In this document: in pieces, positions 25,283 to 37,795 of the stretch | Layout: every line of letters begins with the position of its first letter | Position numbering within the stretch: position 1 is the first letter of the stretch | Origin: Leucoraja erinacea | Lineage: Eukaryota | Direction: 5' to 3' | Length of the DNA stretch: 64,000 nt | Assembly (NCBI RefSeq): GCF_028641065.1 | Contig: NC_073382.1 | Span: forward strand, 23,560,001 to 23,624,000 | Position numbers and translations under genes: made by a program | The notes under the pieces: generated by a model | Databases searched by the model: none | What the model was told of the DNA's origin: nothing | Seen by the model: only the letters and a program-made list of their open reading frames with translations

Positions 25283-25592
25283 AGAGGTGGCGCAGCGGTA
25301 GAGTTGCTGCCTTACAGTGCCAGAGACCCGGGTTCGATTCTGACTACAGGTGCTGACTGTATGGAGTTTGTACGATCTCCCAGTGATCTGCGTGGGTTTT
25401 CTCCGGGTGCTTCAGTTTCCTCCCACTCTCCAAAGACGTACAGGTTTGTAGGCTGATTGGCTTGGTAAAATTGTAAATTGTCCCTAGTTTGTGTAGAATA
25501 GCGAGTAAGTGTGTGGGGATTGCTGGTCGGCGTGTACTCGTGAGCCGAAGGACCTGTTTCTCTGCTGTATCTCTAAACTAAAACTAAACCAA
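25283..25592 (+). mobile_element. HE1-like V-SINE, full length
   Basis: A box tggcgcagcggt, B box ggttcgattc, V domain, (ctaaa)n tail. Confidence 0.9.
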
Positions 25593-25739
25593 ACAGGGCT
25601 TCAGGGATCTCCGGAAAGAACCGAATGGTAACTCTGCCACTGTGCCACTGTCCCGCCCCTTAAAATTGAGATTTAAACGTTACAAATGTTAAAGTGGAAG
25701 TCATGCCAGTTTTGTTTGAGGTCATAGCTGGCAATATTA

Positions 25740-25952
25740 TGGAATTCTTTGCCACAGAAGGCTGGGGAGGCTAAGTCCATGGATAATTTTAAGGCAGAGA
25801 TAGATTCTTGATTAATATGGGTGTCAGGGGTTATGGGGAGAAGGCAGGAGAATTGGGTTAGGAGGGAGAGATAGATCAGCCACGATTGAATGGCAGAGTA
25901 GACTTGATGGGCTGAATGGTCTAATTCTGTTCCTATCTCTTATGAACCTATG
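25740..25952 (+). mobile_element. CR1 3' fragment
   Basis: tggaattctttgccacagaaggc...atcagccacgattgaatggc. Confidence 0.8.
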
Positions 25953-26309
25953 AAGAATATCCGAACATGACTAGCCATGATACACTGGGCAGGTCAATAC
26001 TGCAGATCCTGATCCCTCTGTGCCAAGACACGAGAAGGATGCATTACTACTTCAACTGTTGGGAGGTTTGACCTCCATTGGCAAGTGAGTAATGGTGAGG
26101 AGCAGAGTGCATTCCTAATGCCTGCTGTTACCTTGCCATCCGGGATCAGCATGTGGCACCTTTGTAATGGGTTCTCAGCTTTAAACAAGAAGGATTTACC
26201 AGATAAATTATTACCCTGGCATTCTAAGTGGGTCCCGTGGCAGTGCAACTCACACTGCTTCACACACACACAGGCTCGGTGGCAGTGCACACTCACACTG
26301 CTGCACACA

Positions 26310-26628
26310 TAAATTTTGGTTTGATGTGGGAGTGGAAAAGGGGGTAGAGTATCCTTCAAAAAAGTCTAATTTGTAAATATCTAAGAAAGTGTGAATTAGG
26401 TAAATTATATTTATTGGAGAGTTGTTCGAAAGACATAAAACAACCATCCAAAAACAAATCACGAAAAGCTACTAATCCCTTCCTCTTCCATAACAAAAAG
26501 ACTTGATCAATACTAGAAGGTTGGAAGAGAAAATTGGATAAGATAGGACTCGATAAGATAAAATCATTTAGTCAAAAAATCTTACGAAATTGAAACCATA
26601 TTCGAAACGTATGTCTTATTATTGGGTT
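26310..26628 (-). mobile_element. L1/Tx1-clade ORF2 internal fragment
   Basis: Minus-strand translation NPIIRHTFRIWFQFRK...LWKRKGLVAFRDLFLDGCFMSFEQLSNKYNLPNSHFLRYLQIR resembles the post-RT region of fish L1 ORF2. Confidence 0.75.
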
Positions 26629-27794
26629 GCAATTTCTCACTCCCAACTCCCACCCAGTGTTGGCAGCCCTGGTACACACACACTGCTGCTCACACAGTGG
26701 TGCCTGTAGTGTACTCACATTGCAACACACTCAATGGCCTCTGCACACTCGCAATGCTGCTCAGTAGCCTTCAAAAATGCTTAGATTATATTAATTGTGT
26801 ATGTGCGTTTTTACATGCATGCACATATGCATGTGCATGTGGGTGTGGTCAGTTGACAATATTGCACCAAGTGATGGATGAACCCAGGTTTTTCTTGCCA
26901 GTGTAAAGCAAACTTTCTAAAAGCAGAATTTACAACTATGGTCATCTTTAAAACACTTCTTAGCATTTGAGACATTATTGGGCTGTGACCTTCGAACACT
27001 GGAAAGAAAAGGACCCATTCTCTCACCATATTTACCAAGTCAAAGGGGTGAGCTGCTCAGTTCCTGTGTGCACTTCCAATGGCTGTGGTAACACCAATTT
27101 GTAACAGTGATTCCATCTAATTAAACAAACCTCCGCTCCATGTTGCTGGTAAGAAAATTGCTTCCTTACCACTGCCTTCTGCTTTGATACTTCCAAGACA
27201 CTGCAGGCATTTCAGATCAAAAGTAAACCACCGAGCGGCAGATATGTTTTACTTATATAGATATGTATTATAAATCATATATATATATATATAAAGCATC
27301 GTCATTTTTCCATTCCTTCCGAAAGAAAACATTCCAAGTAGCTGTAAGTCAAACACACGCCCTGTTTGGAAACCAGCTCTCAAAAGTTAATTCACTTCAT
27401 AAGTATTGAGAGTTCAAAAACATGTGTAATAGAAAGCAGGCTGTTGCCCTGGTTCCAATTACAATTGCTGTATTACTTCATGTTGGCCAAAATTAACTGC
27501 ATTTCAAAGGCATTAAAATCTAACCATGATGTTATGCTCAACTGAGAATTTGGCATTTTTGTGCAAAGTGATGTTAGTCTTGCCCTCCTGTTGTTACAGT
27601 TGCAATATTTAAAGTGGAACCACATGGTTTCTACTGGGTTTACATTGGAAATAGTTGCTGCAAGTGTAAAGGTTAAAGTTGGTAGAAAGATAACTTTGCA
27701 CGTGGTCTACGTGTCCTATGCATGGATGTACTTGCTCTTTCCCTTACAATGTGTCTATCGAGAAATCCATGAGAGGAATATCATTGTGTACATA

Positions 27795-28430
27795 ATCGTG
27801 TAAGGAATAGATTGGGTAAACACACAGAGTCTTTTGCGTAGAGTAGGGGAATCGAGAATCTGAGGACATGGGTTTAAGGTGAGGGGGAAACGATTTAATG
27901 GTAACCTGAGGGTAACTTTTTTTACACAAAGGATGGTGGATGTAAGGATAAAGCTGCAGAGGAGATAGTTGAGGCAGGTACTATTGCAATGTTTAAGAAA
28001 CATTTAGACAAGTACATGGATAGTTTAGTTTAGAGATACAGTACGGAAACAGGCCCTTTGGCCCACCGAGTCTGCATCGCCCAGCGATACCCGCACATTA
28101 ACGCTATCCTACACTTACAAGACACAATTTACAATGTTCCCAAGCCAATTAGCCTACAGACCTGTACTCTTTGGAGTGTGGAAGGAAACCGGAGCTCCTG
28201 GAGAAAACTCACATGGCCATGTGAAGAACGTACAAACTCCATACAGACAGCACCTGTAGTCATGATCAAACCCGGGACTCTGGCGCTGTAAGGCAACTAC
28301 TCTACTGCTGCGCCACCATGCCGCTCGTCGAGGCGGAAGTTTGGATAGGGGCCAAAAGCAGGCAGGTGGGACTAGTTTAGATGGGGCCTGTTGGTTCGCG
28401 TGGGCATGTTGAGCCAAAGAGCCTATTTGT
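27795..28430 (+). mobile_element. CR1 3' fragment split by a minus-strand HE1-like SINE (~28022-28322)
   Basis: gaggggtaactttttacacaaagg-like CR1 text to 28021; reverse-complement HE1; CR1 tail resumes near 28345. Confidence 0.8.
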
Positions 28431-28813
28431 GGAGTGCATTGAGCACCATTTCAGAGCAATCCCATTATTTTTCATTCTCCCAATATTCCTGTCAACATCT
28501 AGTCTCCAAATTCTACCTCTATATAAGAGGCAATTTATGATGTCTTTTTTTTTAAAAAAGTTAAATTATTTTTATTAGAAGCAATTGTACAAGAATAAAA
28601 TAATCGGCATATAAAATTATACAATTATTGTACAGCTTCAATTTTAACCTTTTAACTTGAAAATAAGGGAAAAGAAAAGAGAAAGAACAAGAAAGAGAAA
28701 AAGTGAAAAGTGACAAGATAGGACCCCTAGACTACCAAAGTAATGTGGCTAAAGAGTGAATAAAGATATATGTGAGAAGGAAAAAAAGAGAAAAGAAAAA
28801 AAAAGTGGAGATA

Positions 28814-30757
28814 CAGTGCATTGAGAAAGTATTCAGACCCTTTCACTTTTTCCACATTTTGTTACATTACAGCCTTATTCTAAAATTGGTTAGTCATTTT
28901 TTTTATCATCAATCTACGCACAATACCTCATAATATAAAAGCGAAAACAGGTGTTTAGTAATTATTGCAAAATAATTAAAAAATAAATAACTGAAATATC
29001 ATATTTACGTAAGTATTCAGACCCTTTGCTTTGACTCTCAAAATTGAGCTTTGGTGCATCGTGTTTCCATTGATTATCCTTGAGATGTTTTACTACAACT
29101 TGATAGGAGTCTACAAGTGGTAAATTAAATTGATTGTACATGATTTGGAAAGGCACACACCTGTCTATATAAGGTCCCACCGTTGACAGTGCATGTCAGA
29201 GCAAAAAAACAAGCCATGAAGACGAAGCAATTGTCTGTAGACCTCCGAGACAGGATTGTGTTGAGACACAGATCTGGGGAAGGGTATAAAACATTTTTTG
29301 GAGCATTGCAGGCCCCGAAGAGCACAGTGGCCTCCGTCATTCATAAATAGAACTGTCTTCATAGAGCCTGGCCAAACTGAGCAATTGGGGGAGAAGGACC
29401 TTAGTTGTTGTTGTTGGGGAAGTCCAGGACAAGGGGTCACAGCTTAAGGATAAGGGGGAAATCCTTTAAAACCGAGATGAGAAGAACTTTTTTCACACAG
29501 AGAGTGGTGAATCTCTGGAACTCTCTGCCACAAAGGGTAGTCGAGGTCAGTTCATTGGCTATATTTAAGAGGGAGTTAGATGTGGCCCTTGTGGCTAAGG
29601 GGGTCAGAGGGTATGGAGAGAAGGCAGGTACGGGATACTGAGTTGGATGATCAGCCATGATCATATTGAATGGCGGTGCAGGCCGAATGGCCTACTCCTG
29701 CACCTAATTTCTATGTTTCTACGTTTATGTTAGGATAGAGACTTACTAACATATTCAGGGAGGTGACCAAGAACCTGATGGTCACTCTGACAGAGCTCCA
29801 GAGTTCCTCTGTGGAGATGGGAGAAACTTCCAGAAGGACAAGTATATCTGCAGCACTCCACCAATTAGGCCTTTATTGTAGAGTGGCCAGACAGAAGCCA
29901 CTCCTCAGTTAAAGGCACATGACAGCCCGCTTGGAGTTTGCCAAAAGGCACCTAAACAAGATTCCCTGGCCTGATGAAACCAAGATTGAAATCTTTGGCC
30001 TGAATGCCAATTGTCACGTCTGGAGGAATACAGGCACCGCTCATCACCTGGCCTATACCATATCTACCGTGAAGCATGGTGGTGGCAGCATCATGCTGTA
30101 GGGATGTTTTTCAGTGGTAGGAACTGGGAGACCAGTCAGGATCGAGGTAAAGATGAATGGAGCAAAGTATAGAGAGATCCTTGATGAAAACCTGCTCCAG
30201 AGCGTTCAGGACCTCGGACTGGGGCAGACGTTCACCTTCCAACTGGACAACGACCTAAAGCTCACGTCCAAGACAACGCAGGAGTGGCTTTGTGACAAGT
30301 CTGTGAATGTCCGTAAGTGGCCCGGCCAGAGCCCGGACTTGAACCCGATCCAACATCTCTGGAGGGACCTGAAAATAGCTGTCCATCAACACTCCCCATC
30401 CAACCTGAGAGAGCTTGAGAGGATCTGCAGAGAAGAATGGGATAAATTACCCAAATACAGGTGTGCCAAGCTTGTAGTGTGATACCCATGAAGACTTGAG
30501 GTTGTAATCACTGCCAAAGATGCCTCAATAAAGTACTGAGTAAAGGGTCTGAAAACTTATGTAGATGTGATATTTCAGTTATTTACTTTTAATAATTTTG
30601 CAAAAATTTCTAAGCACCTGCTTTCACTTTTTTATTGAGGGCTATTGTGTGTAGATTGCTGATAAAAAAAAAAGAATTTAATCCATTTTAGAATAAGGCT
30701 GTACCTTAACAAAATGTGGAAAAAGTGAAGGGGTCTGAATACTTTCTGAATGCACTG
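28814..30757 (+). mobile_element. Tc1-family DNA transposon (IR/DR type, DD34E), decayed, with a CR1 insertion
   Basis: TA TSD (28812-28813, 30758-30759); ~215-bp TIRs starting CAGTGCATT with an internal direct repeat aagtattcagaccctt; MKTKQLSVDLRDRIV start at 29216; WPDETK, QLDND and SPDLNPIQ with 34-aa spacing (E replaced by Q). Confidence 0.95.
29405..29754 (+). mobile_element. Young CR1 3' fragment inserted in the Tc1 transposase
   Basis: Near-identical to 4845-5169; Tc1 text gaaggaccttag|tcagggaggtgacc is contiguous across it. Confidence 0.9.
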
Positions 30758-31194
30758 TATACCTGCCTCTCGTCCCCCCCCCCCGCCCACCTCACCCAAC
30801 CCATAGTTGGATTTAAATCCAAAGTTGTGTTGCGCCATACTATCCTTGTAAGAATTCAGTGAAGGGTGTCCATGTCTTGAAAAATTGATCTGGGTTTTCT
30901 GCCAAGACAAGCCTAATATTTTCCAAATGTAGTGTCTCGGGCATGTTTGTAATCCACATCTTAACAGTAGGGACTGATGTGTGTTTCCAAAATTTAAGTA
31001 TTCATTTTTTCGCCGTTATCAGGCCATAATTAAGGAAATGTCTTTGAAATAATGTTAGCTCAGAACAGGCTTGTGACGTACCTAGCGATTTATAATGTCC
31101 ATGTACCCTGCAGACCTGTATAACTTTGGTAGTTGTATGGAGCTGGAGGAAACGCATAAAAATTCATAAGGTAACTGTGCAAACTCCATACTTA

Positions 31195-31659
31195 AGGGCC
31201 TGTCCCACGAGCATGCGACATGCATGCGGCAAGCGCGACCAAACTGGAAGCGGGGGCTGCGCGGGAGCCACGTGGAGGTCGAGTGATCCCCGTACAGGCC
31301 CGGTCCCACCAGCATGCGCCTGCATGTGGCGAGCGCGAACAAACCAGAAGCGGGGGCCGCGCGGAGGTCGAGCGAGTGACGTGAAGTTCGAGCAAAGTCC
31401 GCTGGAAGTTCGCACGTGATGTACGGCGTCAAGACGCTACGTACGGCGTCGAGGTGGTTGCGGGCCGGCAGGCCGTTGCCGCGCGGAATTTTTGAACGGT
31501 CAGCTTTTCGGAGCCCCGCGCAATGTCGGGACCAGCTCCGCACAACTCCATACAGCTCCGACGATCGAAGTAGGACCAGCCCCGCTAGGCTGTACGGCTC
31601 AAGCGACCACGTTAGGTCACGCTTGCTGCATGGAGTCGCATGCTCATGGGACAGGCCCT
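31195..31659. mobile_element. Harbinger-type MITE with duplicated left end
   Basis: TTA TSD (31192-31194, 31660-31662); TIR AGGGCCTGTCCCA; second left-end copy from ~31276. Confidence 0.9.
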
Positions 31660-32534
31660 TTACTTATTTAAATTATTTACTACGATCAGCCTCAAAATAT
31701 TTATTAAAATCTTTAAGAATCTGGTATTAGGCTATTCTTCAATCACTGTGATCTTTCATTCTAAATCTAAAAAAGGTCCTATCATCAAATTACACCAGAT
31801 TTGAATTATGGAAATGACATGCACATGTAAAATTGGAGGCAAATATTATATTCTGCAGAACAGAAGAAACCAAATTTCAAAAGCATGGTGCTGTTGATCA
31901 GTTGCTTTACGACAGCCCAATATTGTGAAAGATTATAAATGCCAGCATTCCTTTCATCAATCTTTTTGTTCTTTTCTTGAAAAACAAATTTATTTCACGA
32001 TGTTGATATTTGATCCAGTTTACGTTTAATCTGCTTTTTGTATATAATCGGTGGCTATTGTTTATCTGAATGGTTACCTCCTCTCCCAATGTTGCTGACA
32101 TATATTCAACTTTAGTTCAACTGGCAAACCAGACAATCTGGTACATTGCACAATCTGGTACATTGCACATTTATACATCAGTGAAGACTGTAGGTATCTA
32201 ACCTGCAAGTATCACCGTAACCCCAACTCTCAAAACTGGATTTGCATGCCTTCTTGTTAAGACTATTTCTCAGTGAAAATAACCGTATATAGTGTGAGGA
32301 AGATACAGCTAAATACTGATTTTAGGAGGGATAACAACATTCATGTGTGGTGAAGGGGGTCACTATAACATTTAAATTACAACGTTGTATCTAATAATCA
32401 TTATGCTGAGAATTACATACCTATAATTAAAAATATATAGGATTATTCAATAGTGATGGTGAAATGGAAAATCTTCCGAGTTAAAATGAGATCATGTCTT
32501 AATAGTTTTACTAGTTTTCATGCCTTTCACCAAC

Positions 32535-32825
32535 AGCACAGTGGTGCCTTTACAGCACCAAAGATCCGGGTTCAAACCTGACTACAGTCGCTGTCTATAT
32601 GGAGTTTGTAGTTCTCCCTGTGACTGCATGGATTTACTCCGGGTGCTCTGGTTTCCTCCCACATCCCAAAGATGTGCGGATTTGTAGGTTAATTGGCTTC
32701 TGTAAATTGCCCCTAGTGTGTAAGAAAGAACTAGTGTATGGGCGATAACTGGTTTATGTGGACTCAGTGGGCCGAAGAGCCTGTTTCCACGCTGTATCTC
32801 CAAACTGAACTAAACCAAACTAAAC
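32535..32825 (+). mobile_element. HE1-like SINE
   Basis: B box ggttcaaacc, V domain, ctaaa tail. Confidence 0.85.
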
Positions 32826-33359
32826 AACAACTGTGCAGACAAGTGTTAGGAATTATGTTTCTTACTGTTGGAAGTGTAACATAAGTATATTTTTATTAGC
32901 CAACAACCAGGGAGAGGCAGGAAGGAATACCTAATTCAGGGGATGGCAGCTAATGCAGAGATGCCTTTGATTGATATTAGCCTTTGATTTAAAGTTGGAA
33001 AGCTGTTAGACCATATTTTTCCACTTAACGTAATGGCATAATTTGAAGTTTCTACCTCTCCAGGCACATGCATTTCTTAAGTCAATTTGGATTCCTGTAG
33101 CTGTGGGCACAAGGAAACAAACCTTTATTTTGGAATACATTACAACTACTGTTACAAGGGAGAGGATGATGAAAGTGTCCAGTCTCTTTCTTTCTACTTA
33201 AATTAAATGTGTATTCTCCCTACTTAACATTCTCACCATATTCCTCTCCCCAATTAACTTTTCCCCCAATCCTCCCTCTATTTACCACTCATCCTTTGCC
33301 TCTCCACCTTTCTTCATCCCGCACTCTCACCCTCACTCTGTTACTCACTTCATGCCTTC

Positions 33360-34168
33360 TCAAAGTCAAAGTCAAAGTAGCCTTTATTGTCATTCAGACC
33401 TTTCGGTCTGAACGAAATTTTGTTGCCTTGCAGTCATACATATAATAAAAATGCCAAAAACACACAATAAACACAAATTTAACATCCACGACAGTGAGTT
33501 CACCAAACACCTCCTCACTGTGATGGAAGGCAAAAATCTTAAAGTCCTTGTCTTTTCCCTCCTTGTTCTCCCTCTGCTCCAAGGCGACCTGTGAGCTCCC
33601 GACGTTGTCGTCCACCGTCCACCTCCGAGGTTGGATCGCCGCTGCCGCCGGAATGCCACAGCTCCGATGCCGGGTCGCCGCTGCCGCCGGAACGCCACAG
33701 CTCCGATGCCGGGTTGCCGCTGCCGCCGGAACACCACAGCTCCGATGTCATGTTGCCGCTGCTGCCGGAACACCACAGCTCCATTGTCATGTTGCCGCTG
33801 CTGCCGGAACGCCACAGCTCCGATGTCGTGTCGCCGCTGCCGCTGGAATGCCACAGCTCCGTTGTTGCCGCTGAAACACCACAGCTCCGATGTTGCGGCA
33901 GGAACGCTGCCCCAGCTCCGAGGCCGCCAGCTCCGCCATTAGGCCTCGGCGCAGACGGAGACAGACACGGGGGATACGACAAGAGAAGTCGCATCCCCCA
34001 AAAGAAGAGACCAAAAACACGTTTCTCCCCCTCACCCATACACAACATAATAAAATAAAACCAAAAATTAACTAAAACAGGACAAAAGAACGAAAAAAAC
34101 AAACGTACTGCAAGCGAGCCACAGCTGCTAAGGCAGCACCGCCATCTTAACGCCATCTTCTCCTTCCC
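33360..34168 (-). mobile_element. Non-autonomous LINE derivative (5' UTR, minisatellite, 3' UTR)
   Basis: Minus 5' end with tandem aagatggcg; 3' stem-loop, atgacaataaa and (ctttga)n tail; 10-bp TSD tcatgccttc (33350-33359, 34169-34178). Confidence 0.75.
33638..33920. repeat. GC-rich 39-bp minisatellite, 5 full units plus shorter units
   Basis: Unit gccgctgccgccggaacgccacagctccgatgccgggtc; explains the 13-aa repeats in the overlapping ORFs. Confidence 0.95.
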
Positions 34169-36397
34169 TCATGCCTTCCTCTTTATCACCGTTTTATCTT
34201 TCCCTTTACTTCCTCCATCTCCTTAAATGACACTTATCCCCATCTCTTCATCCATTCATTCCCATTTACCTTGTCCTCTCCCGCTCACTCTTTACACTTC
34301 TCTTTCCCTCCATCATTCTTTATCCTTCTCCCTGCATCTCCCCAAATCCCTCTCAATCCACCTCATACTTTGTCCCATTCTCTCCCTCCATCTCTCTCAC
34401 TCCCACCATCATTTTATGTTCCTCTCCCTCCCCCTCAGTCTTTATCCCTCACTCACAGTAAACTTATTTCCCTCATTTTTTACCTTCTCTCCCTCCATCC
34501 ATTTCTCTCACACTTTAGGAGGGAGAGATAGATCAGCCATGACTGAATGGCGGAGTAGAGTTGATGGTCCGAATTGCCTAATTCTACTCCTATCACTTAT
34601 GACCTTGTCCATTTATCTCACCTATCTCTCCATTTCACATCTCTCTCTCTCTCTGTTTAAACATTTCTCATCCTCTCTCTGTTCTTCTCTTTCACATGTT
34701 TCTGCTGTAGAAAGAGTATCCAGGGCCCTCATAGTCCACATAATCCTTGGCCCTTTCATATAAATACAAAAACATAAAATAACAAAATATTTGAAAAATG
34801 CACTTTTCACTGAGCTTTGTTTAAATCAATGCTGCTGTCCCCCTGTATTCTGCATCATCCTATTTAGACCATTAATTATCAAGCATATTTTTCTGGTACA
34901 TACAAAATGGCTGTACCGCACAATCTCCAAGGCCATAACTAAACAACCAAGAGGATGTTATTTCACTAAACAGGGGGACATGATTAGGGTCACATTGAAA
35001 GTTGGTCTCCTCCTTGCAAAATATGAATGTAAATTATAAATCTTAGAGCTGTCTCAGTATACTCGTTGTGCACTAGACTTTAATTATTTTAAATAGTTGT
35101 TGAAAAATTCAATACATAATTCAGTAGATCTAATGTGACATCAACCATTAACATCTTGCTTTCTATATTTTACACCGCTTTAAAATAAAATACAAGCAGT
35201 AAATTACACAGTCAAGGTAATCAGATTCAGGAATAGATAATTTCAATTCTCACTATGAACAGTGCACATTCAACCATTCCATTATTCTAAATTCATTTGC
35301 ACAATTAAGTCCTGGTGTCCATGTCTCACAAGGGCAGGATGAGATCATTCAGATACTCAGGTTTCCAGCACCATTCACTGCTGCCCTATATCATGAACTC
35401 ACGGTGTTTCTATAAGCTCCTCTATCCATCCCCATTTCTCATCACATGGCTTCAATGGCCTTCGAAAGGCTGAATGATCTTAATTTCTTCACTGTGTGTG
35501 AAAATGTGTTTAGTTCTTTAAGGACGTGTTTTAAGGCATTTAAAGACAAGATCACCAAAATATTGAGAACCTGCTTGTGGGGGAAAATGTATTTCCACTT
35601 ATTCAGCAAAGAGACAAAAAGTGCTGGAAAAGTAGATTCAGCACTTCCCAGCTGTAACCAGACAAATGAACCATCTTCTCACCATCTGGAGTGCAGCCCT
35701 GATCTCACATCTACCTCACTGGAGAGCTGTGAACTATCTTTAATCGGACTTTTTCTTGCACTAAATGTTATAACCTTTATCCTGTATTTGTACACTGTGG
35801 ACGACCTGAATCATGTATAATCTTTTCATTGCTGAATAACACACACAACAAAAAGCTTTCACTGTAGGTCAGTACACATGACAATAATAATCTAAACCAA
35901 TAAACGAAACTAGCTTTTTTTGCTAGTACGCGTACCTCAAAAATTAAACATTATTATTTAGTTTTATGACATTTTTCAATCTACAACAAAGTCACTGTAA
36001 GAACCCATGCCTTGCTGCTCAATGAAGACAATCACAGTGGGTGGAGAACACTCAAGGGATATGTCCCTCTACTTGTGTTTTCCACAGCCACCTTTTCTAA
36101 TATGTGTTGGCTGTCATAGAGTTCTTTAAGGCGCTGCCATACTTTGCATGATTACCAGTGACAAAAGAAAGACATTGTTGATCTTTACAATTACATTTGA
36201 GATCTGTGCCATCCCGAGCATTCAGGTTGAGAAACACCCTAACAATGTTTCAAAGATAAAATTCTACAAGTTTACAAACATTTGGGGTGTTCCCCTACTT
36301 GGGTTTAGGGCTAAACATAGCAATATACCCAATAAGGTTGGATCCAACTACTAGTTAATTTATAACTACTGGGTCAATTCATAAACACAAATGAAAT

Positions 36398-36589
36398 GTG
36401 TAGGAAGGAACAGCAGGTGCTGGTTTACACCAAGGACAGACACAAAATGCTGGAATAAATCAGCGGGTCACGCAGCATCTCTGGAAGAAGAGTCTGAAGA
36501 AGGGTCTCGCCCCGAAACGTCACTTATTCCTTTTCTCCAGAGATGCTGCCTGATCCGTTGAGTTACTCCAGCATTTTGTGCCTATCTTC
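36398..36589. mobile_element. PLE fold-back unit with hammerhead core at 36494-36521
   Basis: Inverted arms; CTGAAGA A GGGTCTCGCCCC GAAA CG TC; imperfect TSD aacacaaatgaaatgt / aacacaataaaatgt. Confidence 0.85.
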
Positions 36590-37399
36590 AACACAATAAA
36601 ATGTCCGGTTCACTAATATTTTAGATCAAACATTGAACAACAGTCGCACTCACAAAGGCTTTGACAGAACATGCCATTTGCATTATTCTTTGCAAGTGCA
36701 CCGCCTCTGACTGCCTTCTAAACCCCCATCAATAATGCCAGAACAAAGTCACATTAACAAGCACCAAGGGAGTTGTGATCTTGACTGTTGCAGCATATCA
36801 ACACTTCAAACAGCAAAATCAAGTGGTAAATGGGGTGGTTTGTAAAGGCTGACTACATATGCAAACACTCCTCTGATACTGTGCTTTGATGTCCCAAGGA
36901 ATAACTTGAGGAATCAGGCGCACATTCCTCATACAAATGTGTTCCTCTTTCCATGGATGGGGAGACATGATGTACAGTTATTAAGACCCAGGTAGAACTG
37001 TTGGGATCATACATCAAAAATCTATGGCTTAATTGCAGACAGAGAGACGAAAGAATGGAAAGTAATATTGAATTCTATTAATTGTGGCAACGAGGATTAG
37101 CTTCTGGAGCGAGAGAAATTATAATCTAGCAAACATTTTATACATTTTTTTATTCAAACACTTAAATCATATTATTAGATCATTATCTCAGTTTTACTTC
37201 AGAACTTACTTTTTATTTCAAAACAACTTACACTTGTAGTTAGTATGAATGTGCCTAATATACAGTAGGATTTGTCACTGAACTGTGCGCAAGAAATATA
37301 TTTCTCTGTACTTAGATACCCGTAACCATAAAGTAACATTGAACTATTGATTCCTCAGACAACTGTTGCCCATTGCTCCAATCTAGGCATGTGAATAAT

Positions 37400-37795
37400 A
37401 TGGTCAGTCGCTGCCTCAAAAAGGCTGCCAGCAACATCAAAGATCGACACCATCCTGGCCACTCACTCATCTCCCTGCTGCCTTCAGGTAGAAGGTACAG
37501 GAGCCTGAAATCTGCAACATCCAGGTTCAGGAACAGCTTCTTCCCCACAGCTGTCAGGCTATTAAACTCAACTCAAACAAAACTCTGATCATTAATAGCC
37601 CATTGCATTTTATCTGTTTATTTATGTGTGTGTATATATATATATATATATGCATTGGTATATGGCCACACTGATCTGTTCTGTTCTGTTCTGTATTTAT
37701 TTATGCCTACTATATTCTGTTGTGCTGAAGCAAAGCAAGAATTCAATTGTCCTATCTGGGACACATGACAATAAACTCTCTTGAATCTTAAATCT
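37400..37795 (+). mobile_element. Rex1/Babar-like LINE 3' end, followed by a PLE terminal repeat (~37795-37925)
   Basis: RCLKKAASNIKDRHHPGHSLISLLPSGRRYRSL...RFRNSFFP; atgacaataaa and (tcttgaa)n-like tail. Confidence 0.85.

Noticed and set aside
25283-25350. tRNA gene
   Set aside because: The A/B boxes belong to a SINE head that continues into V-domain and LINE tail; no full cloverleaf
32133-32170. 17-bp tandem duplication (also 15 bp near 48856-48885)
   Set aside because: Ordinary local slippage or repair duplication with no element between the copies
33638-33920. CRISPR-like repeat array
   Set aside because: Units are contiguous with no unique spacers; eukaryotic context; no cas genes
33390-34156. 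Several overlapping 100-205-aa ORFs with 13-aa repeats
   Set aside because: Artefact of a GC-rich 39-bp minisatellite inside a retroelement; open on both strands
34227-34763. 178-aa Leu/Ser/His-rich ORF
   Set aside because: Pyrimidine-rich low-complexity DNA plus a CR1 tail fragment
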